This document shows positions 56,576-64,000 of a DNA stretch of 64,000 nt, piece after piece. Source of the stretch: an uncultured Nitrospiraceae bacterium (GTDB taxonomy: Bacteria > Nitrospirota > Nitrospiria > Nitrospirales > Nitrospiraceae); NCBI GenBank assembly GCA_963706325.1, contig CAVPLT010000007.1, positions 128,001-192,000 of the forward strand. The letters are read 5' to 3'. The position numbers and the translations under genes are program-made. How positions within the stretch are numbered: the first letter of the stretch is position 1; each line of letters starts with the position of its first letter. The notes under the pieces were generated by a model. That model was not told the DNA's origin, made no database searches, and saw only the letters and a program-made list of their open reading frames with translations.

Positions 56576-56791
56576 TCGGACCAGTCGTGAGTAGATGCGT
56601 GCATTATATTCAAGCTGTCAAACGGGCATGAACGCATCGATGACAAGCAACAATGATTAAACGAAGGAGAGAGACGTGAGACGAGTCGCGAGGTGGTTGC
56701 CCCTACAGCCGGTCCGCATCACGCTTGGTTTAAGCCGATCCGGAGTGAATGAATCGCTCCATCAGCCATTGAAATGCACGGTGAGGATGTT

Positions 56792-58252
56792 ATGACGACT
56801 CGAAATGGGTTCTTAATCAACGTTGATGCACCACACGGCTTCACAACCGGGATCAGGATGGGGATAGTCCTGTGCCTGCTATCGGGATGCGTGGCTTCTC
56901 CAACCTATACGGTTCCGCCGCCAAAGCCGGGCCAGACATCCTGCAGTCATGTGATGAAACCAAGTGACACACTGATCGGAATCGCGATATCGGGAGGGGG
57001 AAGTCGAGCGGCATTGTTCGGGGCGGCCGGCCTGGAAGCGCTGGCGAAGCTGCAAGTCGGTCCGCCTGCACATTCCCTGTTGGAAGACGTCTCGATGATT
57101 TCCAGTGTCTCTGGCGGCAGCATGGCGACGTCCTACTTTGCCGCCGTGAAACCGCGAAAGGACGTGCCGATCCTGACTTCTTCAAGAGAATTGAGCGGAG
57201 AGTATGAGTCGTTCTTCGCGCAGTACAAAAAAATCATGAACCAGGATTTTGAGGGTCCGCTCTTTTGGCGGAACATGCTGCGATTGCGGTGGTTCAATCC
57301 GGCTTGGACGGCTAAGTCCCTCAGTGAACATCTCAATAATCAGTTCTTGGACGGCCTGACATTTAAAGAGGTTCGCGAGCGGGAATTGAACGGCGATATA
57401 CCGCGACTCCTTATTAACACTACCCTATACAACGATGGGCGTCGATTCGTGATCACGACATTGCCGCATGAACAGACTCAATACGACTTATTGAAAGATG
57501 TGAGTCGGTCGATGGGGACGAGCCCTCGTTCGAAGGAATACCTCGAACTGATGAAAGTGAAATGGGCGTCGCTGCAGTCGGTGACTCCTGAGGCGCTGAA
57601 CCTCGACCTGTGCGGCATTCAACTAGGTGCGGCAGTTACCGCGTCCATGTCGTTCCCTCCAGTAATCGGCCCCATTACCTTCAAGGTTGAGGGGGAGGAT
57701 CGGTACTGGCATGCAGGGGACGGGGGATTGTCCGACAATATGGGGCTGGAGTCATTGACAACCGTGGGGTTAAACGCCCTCCAGCAGAATGTGGCTCGTC
57801 GGGTACTCATCATCGCGTTCGATAGTTCGTTCCCCTTCCAGATAGGGTCGGATCGCCTGGATCACTTTCCCGAGGGTTTTACATTATTTAATTATGACTT
57901 CGGCCGCATCCCCGGCATCATGGAAGAACGGGCGGTAGCGTATCGGACACTTTATATGCGCACGTTGGCGGAGCAGGGCGTGTTGCCAGACGAGAGTCGA
58001 TTTAAATTCATTCAGCTGAGGCACGTTGACGCGGTGTGGCTGGACGATCTGAGTGATCTCCCAGAATCATGTAAGAATGAAAAGGTGAAGCTGACGAACC
58101 CGCTGATGGTTCAAAAGCGCCTCTCGAGCGTCGTAACCAGGCTCTGGCTCGAATCCGATTGCGATCGTGATTTGGTGTCCATGGCCGCGGTGAAGCTGGT
58201 GGAAGCGAAAAAAGCCGAGATTCAACAATTCTTGCAACAGCCGCATCCATAG
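56792..58252 (+). CDS. Patatin-like phospholipase lipoprotein
   Basis: Lipobox LSGC; ISGGGSRAA oxyanion motif; SSVSGGS nucleophile; DGG. Confidence 0.88.
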   Translation: MTTRNGFLINVDAPHGFTTGIRMGIVLCLLSGCVASPTYTVPPPKPGQTSCSHVMKPSDTLIGIAISGGGSRAALFGAAGLEALAKLQVGPPAHSLLEDVSMISSVSGGSMATSYFAAVKPRKDVPILTSSRELSGEYESFFAQYKKIMNQDFEGPLFWRNMLRLRWFNPAWTAKSLSEHLNNQFLDGLTFKEVRERELNGDIPRLLINTTLYNDGRRFVITTLPHEQTQYDLLKDVSRSMGTSPRSKEYLELMKVKWASLQSVTPEALNLDLCGIQLGAAVTASMSFPPVIGPITFKVEGEDRYWHAGDGGLSDNMGLESLTTVGLNALQQNVARRVLIIAFDSSFPFQIGSDRLDHFPEGFTLFNYDFGRIPGIMEERAVAYRTLYMRTLAEQGVLPDESRFKFIQLRHVDAVWLDDLSDLPESCKNEKVKLTNPLMVQKRLSSVVTRLWLESDCDRDLVSMAAVKLVEAKKAEIQQFLQQPHP

Positions 58253-58488
58253 ACGGCCACAAGTCTTTCATTCCGACAAGACCCCACGTGTCAAGTGCTT
58301 CCTGGCCAGGTCCTACGCGTCTTGGACAGGGCAGAGCCGCTGATGACGGGCGGCTCTGCCCTGAGGGGCTGATGGTGGGTCAGCTTCATGAAAGGTGCTA
58401 CCCCATAGCTAGTTATGATTCCCCCCCGGCATTGGAAGGGCCGCGACATTCATCGCCCAGGGAAACCGGTACTCCTCGAAGCCGGAGA

Positions 58489-59055
58489 TCATTGGCGCCG
58501 GAACGTCGGGTCGGTGAAGGTGCCGGGGTTGCTGGTACTGTAGGAACCCGTAGGGATATAGATCGCTTCGTAGGTTGCGAACGAGAAGTTCCCACCGAGT
58601 TTCCAGGACAGATAGGCGGGGATCAGGCCTGATTGGCCGATGCCGAAATTGCTCTTACTCGACTGCGTCGATCCGCCGGCGGTCGTCAGCGTCGTATCCA
58701 AAGACGCCCAGGGAAAGGCGAGCCAACCGCCGACAGAGAACAACGCACCGCCCAGGACCGGAGTCGTAAAGGTGTACAGGCCCAACGGCGCGTCAAACAC
58801 TTGTATGCTGTCGACATTAGTCGCCGCCCTGTTGTTCAAGACAGCTCTCTCAACAGTGCTCGACACGTAGCCCAAATAGTTGATCACGGCGAACGAACCC
58901 GGCGGAGGCTGCATGGCCACAGCCAGATTGCCGTACGTTCCCGGCGCGTAGTTGCTGCTCGCGCCTTCGGCCGCCTGCGCGACCGGACACGCCCACGACC
59001 TGATTATCGCCAGGATGACCAGCATCAACAAGCCGATTGTGAGAGGCGGACGCAT
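58489..59055 (-). pseudogene. 3'-truncated SphA/Phenol_MetA_deg-type outer-membrane transporter
   Basis: Signal peptide then AEGASSNYAPG...QPPPG...IYIPTGSY; ends about halfway through a typical barrel with no C-terminal Phe. Confidence 0.65.
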
Positions 59056-59308
59056 CCTCGGACTCCTTTGTAGCTGCCCGGGGGTTGAGAGATCCTTCAG
59101 TTCCCGAATTCCATGGCCTTAAGCGCTTTGGTATTGGGTACTTCGCCTGTGGCTTCTGGCACTAGCGATCAGCTTCACATATGAGCCCTTTCGCTGTTCA
59201 ATGGACGGCACACGCGGATGACGTCTGCTGCCCTCTCGCATACGTTGTGGTTCTCAGGTGACACGTACCCGCCCCGGCACGAGCGGGAGCGGATGGGGAT
59301 GCCTTCGA

Positions 59309-61727
59309 TTACTCCCCGGCCTTTCGGGCGAGCTTGGCCTGCTCCTGCTGTTCCATCTCTGCAGCGCCGAGTTTGATCGGCGTTACTTCGACGGTCACCT
59401 TGTCGATCTTGCCGGTGAACTTGTTGTCGCCTTCCTTGTAGTCGTCCGTCACCGGCGTCTCGCCGTCCAGGCCGACGTCCGCGCCTTCGTCGGCCGAGAA
59501 GATGATTGGCCTGCGTGCGGTCGATCTGCCCTTCGGCGACCTTCTCGCCGTTGACGAAGATCGTGCCCGTGCCGCCCTTGCCGAGCCCGCCGCCGTCGTA
59601 GGCGAACTCGTAGCGGATCGTCACCTTGCCCTCGGGCAGCGCCTCGGTCGCGGCGACCTTGGACGAGCTGAGGCCGAGGAAGTTGTAGGCGTACATCGGC
59701 TTGCCATCCTTGACGTACAGGCTCCAGCCGCCGAAGCGGCCCGCCTGGGACGAGGATCACGCCGTTGGCCCCGCCCTTCGGGATCGTCACCTCGGCGGTG
59801 ATGGTGTGCGACCGGTTCTTGGTGTTGATGAAGACGTTCTCCGTCATCCCGATCATGCCCTCGTAGACCGTCAGCGAGGTGCGGCCGGCCATCAGGTCGG
59901 GACGGCCGACGAGGGCGGCGTTGGTCCGCTCGAGCGACGCGATCGTCGAGCGGCAAGACATGGTTCTTGACCGCTTCCTTCAGGAACAGCTCCTGCAGTT
60001 CCTTGAGCTTCTCGGGGTTCTTCGCGGCCAGATCGTTCGCCGAGCTGAAGTCCTCATCGACGTGGTAGAGCTCCCACTTGTCTTCGAGGAACGGGCTGCC
60101 GCGGCTTGCATCTCCCAGGCGGCGCGGTGGACGGTGTGGGCCAGCCAGCCGTCGTGGTAGATGCCGCGGTTGCCGAAGATCTCGAAGTACTGCGTCTTGT
60201 GCCGGTCCTTCGCCTTGGCGTCGGCGAAGGTGTAGACCATGCTCACGCCTTCGATGGGCGTCTGCGGCGTGCCGTTGACCGACCTTGGGCTCGGGCAGGC
60301 CGGCCGCTTCGAGGATGGTCGGCGCGATGTCGATGACGTGATGCCACTGCGACCGCACCTCGCCCTTGGCCTTGATCCCCTTGGGCCAGTGGACGACCAG
60401 CGGGTTGCGGAGCCGCCGTAGCTGCCGGCGACCTGCTTCGTCCAGGCGAACGGCGCGTCGCCGGCCACGGCCCAGCCGGCGGCGTAGTGGCGGGTAGGAG
60501 TTCGGGCCGCCCAGGTCGTCGAAGTGCTTGAGGATCTCCGGCGACGGTTTCGGGCACGCCGTTGAAGTAGGTCATCTCGTTGAACAGGCCGTTCATGGTG
60601 CCTTCGGCGCTCGCGCCGTTGTCGCCGACCTCGTAGAAGATGAGCGTGTTGTCCAGCTGGCCGAGGTCCTCGATGGCCTGGATGAGCCGGCCGATCTCGA
60701 AGTCGGCGTACTCGCCGAAGCCGGCGAAGACTTCCATCTGGCGGGCGAAGAGCTTCTTCTCGTCGGCGCTCAGCTTGTCCCAGTCCTTGATGGCCTCGGG
60801 CTTGGGGGCGAGCTTGGTGCCGGCGGGAACGACGCCGAGCTTGATCTGGCGGGCCAGCGTCTCCTCGCGGAGCTTGTCCCAGCCCTGGTCGAACTTGCCC
60901 TTGTACTTGGCGATCCACTCCTTCGGGGCGTGGTGCGGGGCGTGCGTGGCGCCCGGCGCGAAGTAGGTGAAGAACGGCTTGTCCGGCGTCAGCGACTTCT
61001 GGGCGCTCGTCCACTTGATCGCCTGGTTGGTCATGTCGGTCATGAAGTGGTAGTTCGGGTCCTTCGGCAGCTCGACGCGGCTCATGTCCTCGTAGATGGC
61101 CGGCGCCCACTGGTTCGTTTCGCCGCCGATGAAGCCGTAGAACTTGTCGAAGCCGGAGCGGGTCGGCCAGCGGTCGGTCGGGCCGGACGGGCTGACTTCC
61201 CAGGCGGCGGTCTCGTGCGACTTGCCGAAGGCGGCCGTGCTGTAGCCGTTGAGCCGCAGCATCTCGGCCAGCGGCGCGACGCTGTTCGGGCGCTGCCCGG
61301 TCTGGCCGGGGAAGGCGGTGGCGGTCTCGGTGATCGAGCCCATGTTGCAGACGTGATGGTTGCGGCCGGTCAGCAGCGCCGCGCGGGTCGGCGAGCAGAG
61401 CGCCGTGGTGTGGAACTGGTTGTAGCGCAGCCCGCCCTTCGCCAGCTTCTCCAGCGTCGGCATGTGGATCGGCCCGCCGAAGGCGCTGGACTGGCCGAAG
61501 CCCATGTCGTCGATCAGGACGATCAGCACGTTCGGGCGCCTTGCCGGCGCCTTGACCTCGAACCGCGGCGGGGCCTTGGCGTTGCGGGCGTCGAGCGTCG
61601 TGATCGGCGCGAGCTTCGGCTCCGGGATCGGCAGGACCGTGCGGTCGAGCGGCACTGTCTGCGCAAGAGCGGTCGTGGCGCCTACCGCGAAAACCAGCAT
61701 CGCCGCGAGGCAGGGTCTTGTTCTCAT
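59309..61727 (-). pseudogene. Cys-type arylsulfatase with many single-base frameshifts
   Basis: AAAGGAG RBS; signal peptide; PNVLIVLIDDMG, CSPTRAALLTGRNHH, GKSH, GDNG; the C-terminal half is spread over three frames; ends KLARKAGE-stop. Confidence 0.85.
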
Positions 61728-61952
61728 GATTCTCTCCTTTTTATGAACTGACCGGTGTGCTGACTTCGCCCGCGTCAGCTCGGCGCCGGCCAGCAGAGAT
61801 AGCGTGTGTGCAGCTTCATGGTTGTCCTCCCACGGTCCACATAAATTCTCGAAACCTCCCCAGAGCCAGCTCTTATCGAAGAGCTTCTTGATTGTAGAAG
61901 CGGAAGAGGAAATGCTTGGCACATATATAAGGGGAAGGGGAGGAGGTGGAAA

Positions 61953-61968
61953 CTGTCAAAACTGACAG
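61953..61968. promoter_or_regulatory. Palindromic operator site 7 (CTGTCAAAACTGACAG) upstream of the sulfatase
   Basis: Perfect 6-bp arms; TATATA on the minus strand at 61929-61924 (23-nt gap). Confidence 0.75.
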
Positions 61969-62473
61969 TAAGAGGAATGTTTGCGGGTAGAGCAGTTCGA
62001 GGCATCGTTAAACCACTCCTCGAGCAGATGTTTGATGGCGACCTTTTTCGTGAGGAAGTTACATGCGGCCTATGCGGCTTTTGTACAGTTGAGCCGAATC
62101 AGCTAGTAGGCATTAGCAGCTCCGAGAAAAGTTCATCTGTCCGGATATTCTGACAGACTACAACACAACGTTACTCATGGCTCCGCTGCGCAAGTCGTTT
62201 ATAGGTCTCGATATTCTAAGGCTTGGTCGGCGGTTAAATTCGTTGGTCGTCCATGCGCAGACCTATCCCTGATATCGCGAAGCCTGTTAAAAATCTCATA
62301 GGTTTGTCGGCCCACCTTTCATGGCATTCGAATCTAATATTTTGATGTCAGAGTCACGGTGAGCTTGTTTAGCTTCTGGGTCTCAGATATTCGTCGTCTA
62401 TAATGCTTCGAGCAAACTGCGGAACTGGTTCAGTTGGAGTGGTATGACTATTAATTCCGTACAGAGGTCCGCT

Positions 62474-62655
62474 GATTGTCGGTCCAGTCAAAATCTACCT
62501 CAGGACATTTATCAGGCCGGCCAAGCCTTGGCGCGCGCGAATCGTTCGTGGTTGGCAAGGGCTGTTAACGCGGCGCGAACGACCGGAAAACTTCAATACG
62601 GCCCTGCACCGGAAACGGGAAGACATCAAGGTGGTCATTCAATGTGCCGACGCAT
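62474..62655 (+). pseudogene. Possible C-terminal remnant of a Zn-dependent glucose 1-dehydrogenase-like gene
   Basis: YQAGQALARANRSWLAR then, in another frame, PENFNTALHRKREDIKVVIQ; recognised from memory of this family. Confidence 0.45.
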
Positions 62656-62679
62656 TGCCGTGGGCGAGATAACCAAGCT

Positions 62680-62916
62680 TCGTCGCGCCCCGACGGCATG
62701 CTGGAAGCCACCGATACGAAGCACGCCCCCTGGCATCTTGTGCATTCGGATGACAAGAAACGGGCTCGCCTCAACTGCATCAGCCATTTGCTCTCACAAA
62801 TCCCTTACAAGGACCTTCCGCGAGAAAAACTCTCGATACCTAAGCGATCCAAGAAAGGCGCATACGACGATGACGCCATCTTGAAAAGCAGGAATTTTGT
62901 ACGGGACCTGTATTGA
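62680..62916 (+). pseudogene. ppk2: 3' fragment of a third, diverged ppk2
   Basis: MLEATDTKHAPWHLVHSDDKKRARLNCISHLLSQIPYKDL...NFVRDLY; Walker motifs absent. Confidence 0.88.
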
Positions 62917-62967
62917 TGCTTGAAGCGGGCAGCACATCTTCTAGGGAAGAAAGCGTCGCATCTCCGA

Positions 62968-63462
62968 TCAGCGGCTGAGGATCATGTGCCAGAGCTTACC
63001 ATGTCCTAGACGGCGGTTGATTCCGTGGTAGAGATGGTAGCCGCCAAAGACTAAGCCGACCGTGATGACTTTGGCCAACGAGACGTTGAGATCAATCTGC
63101 GTCCACGCTTTCAAGATAGCGTCGCCAAGCGTCCCCGTCTCTTGGTACGCATGCCATATCCGCTCGATGAATAGGATGGGGGCGCTGACGGCGCAATAGA
63201 ACAAGGTCTTGCACAGCGTGGCGACCCAGATTGGCTGCCCCGCGTCGAGACGGGTGGCGACTGGAGTCATGTCAAGGAGCACAACCACCTTCGCGAGGGC
63301 AAACGCGCCGACCACGGTCGGCACGAGGGCGGAAAACTCGATCTGATGACTGGCCAGAACCAGTTTCTTGAGCGTCGTAAAAATGCCAAAGCTAATGAGC
63401 AAATAGAGGGCGATGCCCCCGACGTGCCGGACTTCGCGCTTGAGGACGGAGAGCATCCCCAT
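62968..63462 (-). CDS. Four-TM membrane protein of unknown function
   Basis: GGAGG upstream; four hydrophobic segments; GAFALAKVV and KTLFY motifs. Confidence 0.78.
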   Translation of the reverse strand: MGMLSVLKREVRHVGGIALYLLISFGIFTTLKKLVLASHQIEFSALVPTVVGAFALAKVVVLLDMTPVATRLDAGQPIWVATLCKTLFYCAVSAPILFIERIWHAYQETGTLGDAILKAWTQIDLNVSLAKVITVGLVFGGYHLYHGINRRLGHGKLWHMILSR

Positions 63463-63779
63463 ACTATGACCTCCAGCCTGTCAGCCTCTGGGCTGATCTT
63501 GGTTCATCTTGCACAAAGGAGAGGAAACTGAAAGAGCGGTAAGTGGCTTTCCGAGCTGAACTTTGCGAACTCTTCAATTTGAGGTCTCTAAGGTCGTCCC
63601 ACCCGCGGATCAGGTAAGCGTTTTATGACCCTACTCCGCCCATTCACGCCAAGTCTAGCCTAGAGATAGGGAAAAACGAAAAGGGCGGAGCTTGCGTCTC
63701 GCCAGATTCCCCGGTCATGCCTTGGCACACGACCGAGTCCTCCGGAACCACCGTGCGGGCACATGGCCGGGTGTTCCGC

Positions 63780-64000
63780 TCACTTCGCCGCATTGGCTCC
63801 TTTGACGCGCAGGTTGACTCCATACAGTCCGGTGCTAGCTGTAATAAAGAGGGTGTGTTTATCCTTGGCGCCAAAGCTCACGTTCGCCGTCCAGCCCTCA
63901 TTAAGCACCTTAAGGTGGTCAATCTGCCGGCCTGTCTTGTCAAAGACCAGCACCCCCTTGCCCGTCAGATAAAGATTACCTTCGTTGTCTAGTGTCATGC
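63780..64000 (-). CDS. SMP-30/gluconolactonase family protein, 5'-truncated by the window edge
   Basis: MTLDNEGNLYLT, GVLVFDKTG, TANVSFG...TLFITASTGLY. Confidence 0.85.
   Translation of the reverse strand, partial: MTLDNEGNLYLTGKGVLVFDKTGRQIDHLKVLNEGWTANVSFGAKDKHTLFITASTGLYGVNLRVKGANAAK

Noticed and set aside
62137..62156. CTGTCCGGATATTCTGACAG as an eighth operator
   Set aside because: Same arms but the spacer is 4 nt longer (20 bp versus 16 bp), and no intact gene follows; kept out of the consensus

Overview
A window of moderately high GC from a diderm bacterium, most likely Nitrospira (inferred from gene content and a Nitrospira-type miniature inverted-repeat element at 8.9-9.1 kb). The first ~10 kb holds ordinary accessory genes: aldo/keto reductase, CPA1 Na+/H+ antiporter, POTRA/Omp85 protein, GNAT, C39-like peptidase, DUF748, HI0933 flavoprotein, YdeN hydrolase and a nitrilase. 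From ~10 kb to ~63.5 kb lies a mosaic, partly decaying island with five blocks: (i) envelope and stress genes in paralog pairs (SYLF x2, DUF4136 x2, a helical exported protein x2, plus a porin, MscS and USP); (ii) a soluble PAS-PAS-PAS/HisKA_3 kinase, a NarL-family regulator and a frameshifted receiver-only regulator; (iii) a Rieske - NirK(cytochrome c fusion) - cytochrome b(c fusion) operon; (iv) an orphan atpG divergent from a ppk2-fba-xfp-glgP-LOG-GH63-phosphatase-pgi-tkt-glgX-ppk2 cluster bracketed by two apparently identical 833-bp ppk2 copies; (v) a decaying sulfatase module. The main unexplained signal is a 16-bp palindrome, CTGTnA-N4-TnACAG, found seven times, each ahead of a transcription unit and each 22-23 nt upstream of a -10-like hexamer. 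It looks like the operator of an apparently undescribed activator regulon, plausibly controlled by the local two-component system. Such a regulon would couple quinol-driven nitrite reduction, polyphosphate and glycogen mobilisation, and envelope stress genes. All functional calls come from motif recognition only; no database searches were run.
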